Origin: Eledone cirrhosa | Lineage: Eukaryota | DNA: 64,000 bases | Direction: 5' to 3' | Assembly (NCBI GenBank): GCA_964016885.1 | Contig: OZ024744.1 | Location: 87,606,001-87,670,000, forward strand | Part shown: piece after piece, positions 10,731 through 23,800 of the stretch | Numbering within the stretch: the stretch's first letter is position 1 | Layout of the letters: every line of letters starts with the position of its first letter | Position numbers and translations under genes: made by a program | The notes under the pieces: generated by a model | Told to the model about the DNA's origin: nothing | Databases searched by the model: none | The model's input: the letters and a program-made list of their open reading frames with translations, nothing else

Positions 10731-13700
10731 CACGATAGTTTTTTTTAATGCTTTTCTATTGTTGTTACCATCTCTCCCTTCAACAGTAGGTACCAACAGT
10801 GACACCAAAGTGTCTCTATCTCCCATGTTCCTATCTATTGTTGTTGTTACCATCTCTCCCTTCAACAGTTGGTACCAACAGTGACACCAAAGTGTCTCTA
10901 TCTCCCTTGTTCCTACCTATTGTTGTTGTTGTTACCATCTCTCCCTTCAACAGTTGGTACCAACAGTGACACCAAAGTGTCTCTATCTCCCTTGTTCCTA
11001 TCTATTGTTGTTGTTGTTACTGTCTCTCCCTTCAACAGTTGGTACCAACAGTGACACCAAAGTGTCTCTATCTCCCTTGTTCCTATCTATTGTTGTTACC
11101 ATCTCTCCCTTCAACAGTAGGTACCAACAGTGACACCAAAGTGTCTCTATCTCCCTTGTTCCTACCTATTGTTGTTGTTGTTACCATCTCTCCCTTCAAC
11201 AGTTGGTACCAACAGTGACACCAAAATGTCTCTATCTCACTTGTTCCTATCTATTGTTGTTGTTGTTACCATCTCTCCCTTCAACAGTTGGTACCAACAG
11301 TGACACCAAAGTGTCTCTATCTCGCTTGTTCCTATCTATTGTTGTTGTTGTTACTATCTCTCCCTTCAACAGATGGTACCAACAGTGACACCAAAGTGTC
11401 TCTATCTCCCTTGTTCCTATCTATTGTTGTTGTTGTTACCATCTCTCCCTTCAACAGTAGGTACCAACAGTGACACCAAAGTGTCTCTCTCTCCCTTGTT
11501 CCTATCTATTGTTGTTGTTGTTACTATCTCTCCCTTCAACAGTTGGTACCAACAGTGACACCAAAGTGTCTCTATCTCCCTTGTTCCTATCTATTGTTGT
11601 TGTTACTATCTCCCTTCAACAGTTGGTACCAACAGTGACACCAAAGTGTCTCTATCTCCCTTGTTCCTATCTATTGTTGTTGTTACCATCTCTCCCTTCA
11701 ACAGTAGGTACCAACAGTGACACCAAAGTGTCTCTATCTCCCTTGTTCCTATCTATTGTTGTTGTTGTTACTGTCTCTCCCTTCAACAGTTGGTACCAAC
11801 AGTGACACCAAAGTGTCTCTATCTCCCATGTTCCTATCTATTGTTGTTGTTGTTACCATCTCTCCCTTCAACAGTTGGTACCAACAGTGACACCAAAATG
11901 TCTCTATCTCCCTTGTTCCTATCTATTGTTGTTGTTGTTACCATCTCTCCCTTCAACAGTTGGTACCAACAGTGACACCAAAGTGTCTCTATCTCCCTTG
12001 TTCCTATCTATTGTTGTTGTTGTTACTATCTCTCCCTTCAACAGATGGTACCAACAGTGACACCAAAGTGTCTCTATCTCCCTTGTTCCTATCTATTGTT
12101 GTTGTTGTTACCATCTCTCCCTTCAACAGTAGGTACCAACAGTGACACCAAAGTGTCTCTATCTCCCTTGTTCCTATCTATTGTTGTTGTTGTTACCATC
12201 TCTCCCTTCAACAGTAGGTACCAACAGTGACACCAAAGTGTCTCTATCTCCCTTGTTCCTATCTATTGTTGTTGTTGTTACCATCTCTCCCTTCAACAGT
12301 TGGTACCAACAGTGACACCAAAGTGTCTCTATCTCCCTTGTTCCTATCTATTGTTGTTGTTGTTACCATCTCTCCCTTCAACAGTAGGTACCAACAGTGA
12401 CACCAAAGTGTCTCTATCTCCCTTGTTCCTATCTATTGTTGTTGTTGTTACCATCTCTCCCTTCAACAGTAGGTACCAACAGTGACACCAAAGTGTCTCT
12501 ATCTCCCTTGTTCCTATCTATTGTTGTTGTTGTTACCATCTCTCCCTTCAACAGTTGGTACCAACAGTGACACCAAAGTGTCTCTATCTCCCATGTTCCT
12601 ATCTATTGTTGTTGTTACCATCTCTCCCTTCAACAGTTGGTACCAACAGTGACACCAAAGTGTCTCTATCTGCCTTGTTCCTATCTATTGTTGTTGTTGT
12701 TACTGTCTCTCCCTTCAACAGTTGGTACCAACAGTGACACCAAAGTGTCTCTATCTCCCTTGTTCCTATCTATTGTTGTTGTTGTTACTATCTCTCCCTT
12801 CAACAGTTGGTACCAACAGTGACACCAAAGTGTCTCTATCTCCCTTGTTCCTATCTATTGTTGTTGTTGTTACCATCTCTCCCTTCAACAGTTGGTACCA
12901 ACAGTGACACCAAAGTGTCTCTATCTGCCTTGTTCCTATCTATTGTTGTTGTTACCATCTCTCCCTTCAACAGTTGGTACCAACAGTGACACCAAAGTGT
13001 CTCTATCTCCCTTGTTCCTATCTATTGTTGTTGTTGTTACTATCTCTCCCTTCAACAGTTGGTACCAACAGTGACACCAAAGTGTCTCTATCTCCCTTGT
13101 TCCTATCTATTGTTGTTGTTGTTACCATCTCTCCCTTCAACAGTTGGTACCAACAGTGACACCAAAGTGTCTCTATCTCCCTTGTTCCTATCTATTGTTG
13201 TTGTTACCATCTCTCCCTTCAACAGTTGGTACCAACAGTGACACCAAAGTGTCTCTATCTCCCTTGTTCCTATCTATTGTTGTTGTTGTTACCATCTCTC
13301 CCTTCAACAGTTGGTACCAACAGTGACACCAAAGTGTCTCTATCTCCCTTGTTCCTATCTATTGTTGTTGTTGTTACCATCTCTCCCTTCAACAATTGGT
13401 ACCAACAGTGACACCAAAGTGTCTCTATCTGCCTTGTTCCTATCTATTGTTGTTGTTGTTACCATCTCTCCCTTCAACAGTTGGTACCAACAGTGACACC
13501 AAAGTGTCTCTATCTCCCTTGTTCCTATCTATTGTTGTTGTTGTTACCATCTCTCCCTTCAACAATTGGTACCAACAGTGACACCAAAGTGTCTCTATCT
13601 GCCTTGTTCCTACCTATTGTTGTTGTTGTTACCATCTCTCCCTTCAACAGTTGGTACCAACAGTGACACCAAAGTCTCTCTATCTCCCTTGTTCCTATCT

Positions 13701-16700
13701 ATTGTTGTTGTTACCATCTGTCCCTTCAACAGTTGGTACCAACAGTGACACCAAAGTGTCTCTATCTCCCTTGTTCCTATCTATTGTTGTTGTTGTTACC
13801 ATCTCTCCCTTCAACAGTTGGTACCAACAGTGACACCAAAGTGTCTCTATCTGCCTTGTTCCTATCTATTGTTGTTGTTGTTACCATCTCTCCCTTCAAC
13901 AGTTGGTACCAACAGTGACACCAAAGTGTCTCTATCTGCCTTGTTCCTATCTATTGTTGTTGTTGTTACCATCTCTCCCTTCAACAGTTGGTACCAACAG
14001 TGACACCAAAGTGTCTCTATCTCCCATGTTCCTATCTATTGTTGTTGTTGTTACCATCTCTCCCTTCAACAGTAGGTACCAACAGTGACACCAAAGTGTC
14101 TCTATCTCCCTTGTTCCTATCTATTGTTGCTGTTGTTACCATCTCTCCCTTCAACAGTTGGTACCAACAGTGACACCAAAGTGTCTCTATCTCCCTTGTT
14201 CCTATCTATTGTTGTTGTTGTTACCATCTCTCCCTCCAACAGTAGGTACCAACAGTGACACCAAAGTGTCTCTATCTCCCTTGTTCCTATCTATTGTTGT
14301 TGTTACCATCTCTCCCTTCAACAGTTGGTACCAACAGTGACACCAAAGTGTCTCTATCTCCCTTGTTCCTATCTATTGTTGTTGTTACCATCTCTCCCTT
14401 CAACAGTTGGTACCAACAGTGACACCAAAGTGTCTCTATCTCCCTTGTTCCTATCTATTGTTGTTGTTGTTACCATCTCTCCCTTCAACAGTTGGTACCA
14501 ACAGTGACACCAAAGTGTCTCTATCTCCCTTGTTCCTATCTATTGTTGTTGTTACTATCTCTCCCTTCAACAGTTGGTACCAAGAGTGACACCAAAGTGT
14601 CTCTATCTCCCTTGTTCCTATCTATTGTTGTTGTTGTTACCATCTCTCCCTTCAACAGTTGGTACCAACAGTGACACCAAAGTGTCTCTATCTCCCTTGT
14701 TCCTATCTATTGTTGTTGTTGTTACCATCTCTCCCTTCAACAGTTGGTACCAACAGTGACACCAAAGTGTCTCTATCTCTCTTGTTCCTATCTATTGTTG
14801 TTGTTACCATCTCTCCCTTCAACAGTAGGTACCAACAGTGACACCAAAGTGTCTCTATCTCTCTTGTTCCTATCTATTGTTGTTGTTGTTACCATCTCTC
14901 CCTTCAACAGATGGTACCAACAGTGACACCAAAGTGTCTCTATCTCCCTTGTTCCTATCTATTGTTGTTGTTGTTACCATCTCTCCCTTCAACAGTAGGT
15001 ACCAACAGTGACACCAAAGTGTCTCTATCTCCCTTGTTCCTATATATTGTTGTTGTTGTTACCATCTCTCCCTTCAACAGTTGGTACCAACAGTGACACC
15101 AAAGTGTCTCTATCTCCCTTGTTCCTACCTATTGTTGTTGTTACTATCTCTCCCTTCAACAGTAGGTACCAACAGTGACACCAAAGTGTCTCTATCTCAC
15201 TTGTTCCTATCTATTGTTGTTGTTACCATCTCTCCCTTCAACAGTTGGTACCAACAGTGACACCAAAGTGTCTCTATCTCCCTTGTTCCTATCTATTGTT
15301 GTTGTTACCATCTCTCCCTTCAACAGTTGGTACCAACAGTGACACCAAAGTGTCTCTATCTCCCTTGTTCCTATCTATTGTTGTTGTTACCATCTCTCCC
15401 TTCAACAGTTGGTACCAACAGTGACACCAAAGTGTCTCTATCTCCCTTGTTCCTATCTATTGTTGTTGTTGTTACCATCTCTCCCTTCAACAGTTGGTAC
15501 CAACAGTGACACCAAAGTGTCTCTATCTCCCTTGTTCCTATCTATTGTTGTTGTTACCATCTCTCCCTTCAACAGTAGGTACCAACAGTGACACCAAAGT
15601 GTCTCTATCTCCCTTGTTCCTATATATTGTTGTTGTTGTTACCATCTCTCCCTTCAACAGTTGGTACCAACAGTGACACCAAAGTGTCTCTATCTCCCTT
15701 GTTCCTACCTATTGTTGTTGTTGTTACCATCTCTCCCTTCAACAGTTGGTACCAACAGTGACACCAAAGTGTCTCTATCTCCGTTGTTCCTATCTATTGT
15801 TGTTGTTGTTACCATCTCTCCCTTCAACAGTTGGTACCAACAGTGACACCAAAGTGTCTCTATCTGCCTTGTTCCTATCTATTGTTGTTGTTGTTACCAT
15901 CTCTCCCTTCGACAGTAGGTACCAACAGTGACACCAAAGTGTCTCTATCTCCCTTGTTCCTATCTATTGTTGTTGTTGTTACCATCTCTCCCTTCAACAG
16001 TTGGTACCAACAGTGACACCAAAGTGTCTCTATCTCCCTTGTTCCTATCTATTGTTGTTGTTGTTACCATCTCTCCCTTCAACAGTAGGTACCAACAGTG
16101 ACACCAAAGTGTCTCTATCTCCCTTGTTCCTATCTATTGTTGTTGTTGTTACCATCTCTCCCTTCAACAGTAGGTACCAACAGTGACACCAAAGTGTCTC
16201 TATCTCCCTTGTTCCTATCTATTGTTGTTGTTGTTACCATCTCTCCCTTCAACAGTTGGTACCAACAGTGACACCCAAGTGTCGCTATCTCCCTTGTTCC
16301 TAACTATTGTTGTTGTTGTTACCATCTCTCCCTTCAACAGTAGGTACCAACAGTGACACCAAAGTGTCTCTATCTGCCTTGTTCCTATCTATTGTTGTTG
16401 TTACCATCTCTCCCTTCAACAGTAGGTACCAACAGTGACACCAAAGTGTCTCTATCTCCCTTGTTCCTAACTATTGTTGTTGTTGTTACCATCTCTCCCT
16501 TCAACAGTTGGTACCAACAGTGACACCAAAGTGTCTCTATCTCCCATGTTCCTATCTACTGTTGTTGTTGTTACCATCTCTCCCTTCAACAGTTGGTACC
16601 AACAGTGACACCCAAGTGTCTCTATCTCCCTTGTTCCTATCTATTGTTGTTGTTGTTACCATCTCTCCCTTCAACAGTTGGTACCAACAGTGACACCAAA

Positions 16701-19700
16701 GTGTCTCTATCTCCCATGTTCCTATCTACTGTTGTTGTTGTTACCATCTCTCCCTTCAACAGTTGGTACCAACAGTGACACCAAAGTGTCTCTATCTCCC
16801 ATGTTCCTATCTATTGTTGTTGTTGTTACCATCTCTCCCTTCAACAGTTGGTACCAACAGTGACACCAAAGTGTCTCTATCTCCCATGTTCCTATCTATT
16901 GTTGTTGTTGTTACCATCTCTCCCTTCAACAGTTGGTACCAACAGTGACACCAAAGTGTCTCTATCTCCGTTGTTCCTATCTATTGTTGTTGTTACCATC
17001 TCTCCCTTCAACAGTTGGTACCAACAGTGACACCAAAGTGTCTCTATCTCCCTTGTTCCTATCTATTGTTGTTGTTGTTACCATCTCTCCCTTCAACAGT
17101 AGGTACCAACAGTGACACCAAAGTGTCTCTATCTCCCTTGTTCCTATATATTGTTGTTGTTGTTACCATCTCTCCCTTCAACAGTTGGTACCAACAGTGA
17201 CACCAAAGTGTCTCTATCTCCCTTGTTCCTATCTATTGTTGTTGTTACCATCTCTCCCTTCAACAGTTGGTACCAACAGTGACACCAAAGTGTCTCTATC
17301 TCCCTTGTTCCTATCTATTGTTGTTGTTGTTACCATCTCTCCCTTCAACAGTAGGTACCAACAGTGACACCAAAGTGTCTCTATCTCCCATGTTCCTATC
17401 TATTGTTGTTGTTACCATCTCTCCCTTCAACAGTTGGTACCAACAGTGACACCAAAGTGTCTCTATCTCCCATGTTCCTATCTATTGTTGTTGTTGTTAC
17501 CATCTCTCCCTTCAACAGTTGGTACCAACAGTGACACCAAAGTGTCTCTATCTCCCTTGTTCCTATCTATTGTTGTTGTTGTTACCATCTCTCCCTTCAA
17601 CAGTTGGTACCAACAGTGACACCAAAGTGTCTCTATCTCCCTTGTTCCTATCTATTGTTGTTGTTGTTACCATCTCTCCCTTCAACAGTTGGTACCAACA
17701 GTGACACCAAAGTGTCTCTATCTCCGTTGTTCCTATCTATTGTTGTTGTTACCATCTCTCCCTTCAACAGTTGGTACCAACAGTGACACCAAAGTGTCTC
17801 TATCTCCCTTGTTCCTATCTATTGTTGTTGTTGTTACCATCTCTCCCTTCAACAGTAGGTACCAACAGTGACACCAAAGTGTCTCTATCTCCCTTGTTCC
17901 TATCTATTGTTGTTGTTGTTACCATCTCTCCCTTCAACAGTTGGTACCAACAGTGACACCAAAGTGTCTCTATCTCCCTTGTTCCTATATATTGTTGTTG
18001 TTGTTACCATCTCTCCCTTCAACAGTTGGTACCAACAGTGACACCAAAGTGTCTCTATCTCCCTTGTTCCTATCTATTGTTGTTGTTGTTACCATCTCTC
18101 CCTTCAACAGTTGGTACCAACAGTGACACCAAAGTGTCTCTATCTCCCTTGTTCCTATCTATTGTTGTTGTTGTTACCATCTCTCCCTTCAACAGTTGGT
18201 ACCAACACTGACACCAAAGTGTCTCTATCTCCGTTGTTCCTATCTATTGTTGTTGTTACCATCTCTCCCTTCAACAGTTGGTACCAACAGTGACACCAAA
18301 GTGTCTCTATCTCCCTTGTTCCTATCTTTTGTTGTTGTTGTTACCATCTCTCCCTTCAACAGTAGGTACCAACAGTGACACCAAAGTGTCTCTATCTCCC
18401 ATGTTCCTATCTATTGTTGTTGTTACCATCTCTCCCTTCAACAGTTGGTACCAACAGTGACACCAAAGTGTCTCTATCTCCCATGTTCCTATCTACTGTT
18501 GTTGTTGTTACCATCTCTCCCTTCAACAGTTGGTACCAACAGTGACACCAAAGTGTCTCTATCTCCCTTGTACCTATCTATTGTTGTTGTTGTTACCATC
18601 TCTCCCTTCAACAGTTGGTACCAACAGTGACACCAAAGTGTCTCTATATCCCTTGTTCCTATCTATTGTTGTTGTTGTTACCATCTCTCCCTTCAACAGT
18701 TGGTACCAACAGTGACACCAAAGTGTCTCTATCTCCCTTGTACCTATCTATTGTTGTTGTTGTTACCATCTCTCCCTTCAACAGTTGGTACCAACAGTGA
18801 CACCAAAGTGTCTCTATATCCCTTGTTCCTATATATTGTTGTTGTTGTTACCATCTCTCCCTTCAACAGTTGGTACCAACAGTGACACCAGAGTGTCTCT
18901 ATCTCCCTTGTTCCTATCTATTGTTGTTGTTGTTACCATCTCTCCCTTCAACAGTTGGTACCAACAGTGACACCAAAGTGTCTCTATCTCCCTTGTTCCT
19001 ATCTATTGTTGTTGTTACTATCTCTCCCTTCAACAGTTGGTACCAACAGTGACACCAAAGTGTCTCTATCTTCCTTGTTCCTATCTATTGTTGTTGTTAC
19101 TATCTCTCCCTTCAACAGTTGGTACCAACAGTGACACCAAAGTGTCTCTATCTTCCTTGTTCCTATCTATTGTTGTTGTTGTTACCATCTCTCCCTTCAA
19201 CAGTTGGTACCAACAGTGACACCAAAGTGTCTCTATCTCCCTTGTTCCTATCTATTGTTGTTGTTGTTACTATCTCTCCCTTCAACAGTTGGTACCAACA
19301 GTGACACCAAAGTGTCTCTATCTCCCTTGTTCCTATCTATTGTTTTTGTTGTTACCATCTCTCCCTTCAACAGTTGGTACCAACAGTGACACCAAAGTGT
19401 CTCTATCTCCCTTGTTCCTATCTATTGTTGTTGTTGTTACCATCTCTCCCTTCAACAGTTGGTACCAACAGTGACACCAAAGTGTCTCTATCTCCCTTGT
19501 TCCTATCTATTGTTGTTGTTGTTACCATCTCTCCCTTCAACAGTTGGTACCAACAGTGACACCAAAGTGTCTCTATCTCCCTTGTTCCTATCTATTGTTG
19601 TTGTTGTTACCATCTCTCCCTTCAACAGTTGGTACCAACAGTGACACCAAAGTGTCTCTATCTCCCTTGTTCCTATCTATTGTTGTTGTTGTTACCATCT

Positions 19701-20809
19701 CTCCCTTCAACAGTAGGTACCAACAGTGACACCAAAGTGTCTCTATCTCCCTTGTTCCTATCTATTGTTGTTGTTGTTACCATCTCTCCCTTCAACAGTT
19801 GGTACCAACAGTGACACCAAAGTGTCTCTATCTCCCTTGTTCCTATCTATTGTTGTTGTTACTATCTCTCCCTTCAACAGTTGGTACCAACAGTGACACC
19901 AAAGTGTCTCTATCTCCCTTGTTCCTATCTATTTTTGTTGTTACCATCTCTCCCTTCAACAGTTGGTACCAACAGTGACACCAAAGTGTCTCTATCTCCC
20001 TTGTTCCTATCTATTGTTGTTGTTGTTACCATCTCTCCCTTCAACAGTTGGTACCAACAGTGACACCAAAGTGTCTCTATCTCCCTTGTTCCTATCTATT
20101 GTTGTTGTTGTTACCATCTCTCCCTTCAACAGTTGGTACCAACAGTGACACCAAAGTGTCTCTATCTCCCTTGTTCCTATCCATTGTTGTTGTTACCATC
20201 TCTCCCTTCAACAGTTGGTACCAACAGTGACACCAAAGTGTCTCTATCTCCCTTGTTCCTATCTATTGTTGTTGTTGTTACCATCTCTCCCTTCAACAGT
20301 CGGTACCAACAGTGACACCAAAGTGTCTCTATCTCCCTTGTTCCTATCTAGTGTTGTTGTTGTTACCATCTCTCCCTTCAACAGTAGGTACCAACAGTGA
20401 CACCAAAGTGTCTCTATCTCCCTTGTTCCTATCTATTGTTGTTGTTGTTACCATCTCTCCCTTCAACAGTAGGTACCAACAGTGACACCAAAGTGTCTCT
20501 ATCTCCCTTGTTCCTATCTATTGTTGTTGTTGTTACTATCTCTCCCTTCAACAGTAGGTACCAACAGTGACACCAAAGTGTCTCTATCTCCCTTGTTCCT
20601 ATCTATTGTTGTTGTTGTTACCATCTCTCCCTTCAACAGTAGGTACCAACAGTGACACCAAAGTGTCTCTATCTCCCTTGTTCCTATCTATTGTTGTTGT
20701 TGTTACCATCTCTCCCTTCAACAGTTGGTACCAACAGTGACACCAAAGTGTCTCTATCTCCCTTGTTCCTATCTATTGTTGTTGTTGTTACTATCTCTCC
20801 CTTCAACAG

Positions 20810-23800
20810 TTGGTACCAACAGTGACACCAAAGTGTCTCTATCTCCCTTGTTCCTATCTATTGTTGTTGTTGTTACTATCTCTCCCTTCAACAGTTGGTA
20901 CCAACAGTGACACCAAAGTGTCTCTATCTCCCTTGTTCATATCTATTGTTGTTGTTGTTACTATCTCTCCCTTCAACAGTTGGTACCAACAGTGACACCA
21001 AAGTGTCTCTATCTCCCTTGTTCCCATCTATTGTTGTTGTTGTTACCATCTCTCCCTTCAACAGTTGGTACCAACAGTGACACCAAAGTGTCTCTATATC
21101 CCTTGTTCCTATCTATTGTTGTTGTTGTTACCATCTCTCCCTTCAACAGTTGGTACCAACAGTGACACCAAAGTGTCTCTATCTCCCTTGTTCCTATCTA
21201 TTGTTGTTGTTACTATCTCTCCCTTCAACAGTTGGTACCAACAGTGACACCAAAGTCTCTATATCCCCCTTGTTCCTATCTATTGTTGTTGTTACTATCT
21301 CTCCCTTCAACAGTTGGTACCAACAGTGACACCAAAGTGTCTCTATCTTCCTTGTTCCTATCTATTGTTGTTGTTGTTACCATCTCTCCCTTCAACAGTT
21401 GGTACCAACAGTGACACCAAAGTGTCTCTATCTCCCTTGTTCCTATCTATTGTTGTTGTTGTTACCATCTCTCCCTTCAACAGTAGGTACCAACAGTGAC
21501 ACCAAAGTGTCTCTATCTCCCTTGTTCCTATCTATTGTTGTTGTTGTTACCATCTCTCCCTTCAACAGTTGGTACCAACAGTGACACCAAAGTGTCTCTA
21601 TCTCCCTTGTTCCTATCTATTATTGTTGTTGTTACCATCTCTCCCTTCAACAGTTGGTACCAACAGTGACACCAAAGTGTCTCTATCTCCCTTGTTCCTA
21701 TCTATTGTTGTTGTTGTTACCATCTCTCCCTTCAACAGTTGGTACCAACAGTGACACCAAAGTGTCTCTATCTCCCTTGTTCCTATCTATTGTTGTTGTT
21801 ACTATCTCTCCCTTCAACAGTTGGTACCAACAGTGACACCAAAGTGTCTCTATCTCCCTTGTTCCTATCTATTGTTGTTGTTACTATCTCTCCCTTCAAC
21901 AGTTGGTACCAACAGTGACACCAAAGTGTCTCTATCTTCCTTGTTCCTATCTATTGTTGTTGTTGTTACCATCTCTCCCTTCAACAGTTGGTACCAACAG
22001 TGACACCAAAGTGTCTCTATCTCCCTTGTTCCTATCTATTGTTGTTGTTGTTACCATCTCTCCCTTCAACAGTAGGTACCAACAGTGACACCAAAGTGTC
22101 TCTATCTCCCTTGTTCCTATCTATTGTTGTTGTTGTTACCATCTCTCCCTTCAACAGTTGGTACCAACAGTGACACCAAAGTGTCTCTATCTGCCTTGTT
22201 CCTATCGATTGTTGTTGTTACCATCTCTCCCTTCAACAGTTGGTACCAACAGTGACAGCAAAGTGTCTCTATCTCCCTTGTTCCTATCTATTGTTGTTGT
22301 TGTTACCATCTCTCCCTTCAACAGTTGGTACCAACAGTGACCCCAAAGTGTCTCTATCTCCCTTGTTCCTATCTATTGTTGTTGTTGTTACCATCTCTCC
22401 CTTCAACAGTTGGTACCAACAGTGACACCAAAGTGTCTCTATCTCCCTTGTTCCTATCTATTGTTGTTGTTGTTACCATCTCTCCCTTCAACAGTTGGTA
22501 CCAACAGTGACACCAAAGTGTCTCTATCTCCCTTGTTCCTATCTATTGTTGTTGTTGTTACCATCTCTCCCTTCAACAGTTGGTACCAACAGTGACACCA
22601 AAGTGTCTCTATATCCCTTGTTCCTATCTATTGTTGTTGTTGTTACTATCTCTCCCTTCAACAGTTGGTACCAACAGTGACACCAAAGTGTCTCTATCTC
22701 CCTTGTTCCTATCTATTGTTGTTGTTGTTACCATCTCTCCCTTCAACAGTTGGTACCAACAGTGACACCAAAGTGTCTCTATCTCCCTTGTTCCTATCTA
22801 TTGTTGTTGTTGTTACCATCTCTCCCTTCAACAGTTGGTACCAACAGTGACACCAAAGTGTCTCTATCTCCCTTGTTCCTATCTATTGTTGTTGTTGTTA
22901 CTATCTCTCCCTTCAACAGTTGGTACCAACAGTGACACCAAAGTGTCTCTATCTCCCATGTTCCTATCTATTGTTGTTGTTGTTACCATCTCTCCCTTCA
23001 ACAGTAGGTACCAACAGTGACACCAAAGTGTCTCTATCTCCCTTGTTCCTATCTATTGTTGTTGTTGTTACCATCTCTCCCTTCAACAGTTGGTACCAAC
23101 AGTGACACCAAAGTGTCTCTATCTCCCTTGTTCCTATTCATTGTTGTTGTTACCATCTCTCCCTTCAACAGTTGGTACCAACAGTGACACCAAAGTGTCT
23201 CTATCTCCCTTGTTCCTATCTATTGTTGTTGTTGTTACCATCTCTCCCTTCAACAGTCGGTACCAACAGTGACACCAAAGTGTCTCTATCTCCCTTGTTC
23301 CTATCTAGTGTTGTTGTTGTTACCATCTCTCCCTTCAACAGTCGGTACCAACAGTGACACCAAAGTGTCTCTATCTCCCTTGTTCCTATCTATTGTTGTT
23401 GTTACCATCTCTCCCTTCAACAGTTGGTACCAATAGTGACACCAGAGTGTCTCTATCTCCCTTGTTCCTATCTATTGTTGTTGTTGTTACCATCTCTCCC
23501 TTCAACAGTTGGTACCAACAGTGACACCAAAGTGTCTCTATCTCCCTTGTTCCTATCCATTGTTGTTGTTACCATCTCTCCCTTCAACAGTTGGTACCAA
23601 CAGTGACACCAAAGTGTCTCTATCTCCCTTGTTCCTATCTATTGTTGTTGTTGTTACTATCTCTCCCTTCAACAGTCGGTACCAACAGTGACACCAAAGT
23701 GTCTCTATCTCCCTTGTTCCTATCTAGTGTTGTTGTTGTTACCATCTCTCCCTTCAACAGTCGGTACCAACAGTGACACCAAAGTGTCTCTAACTCCCTT

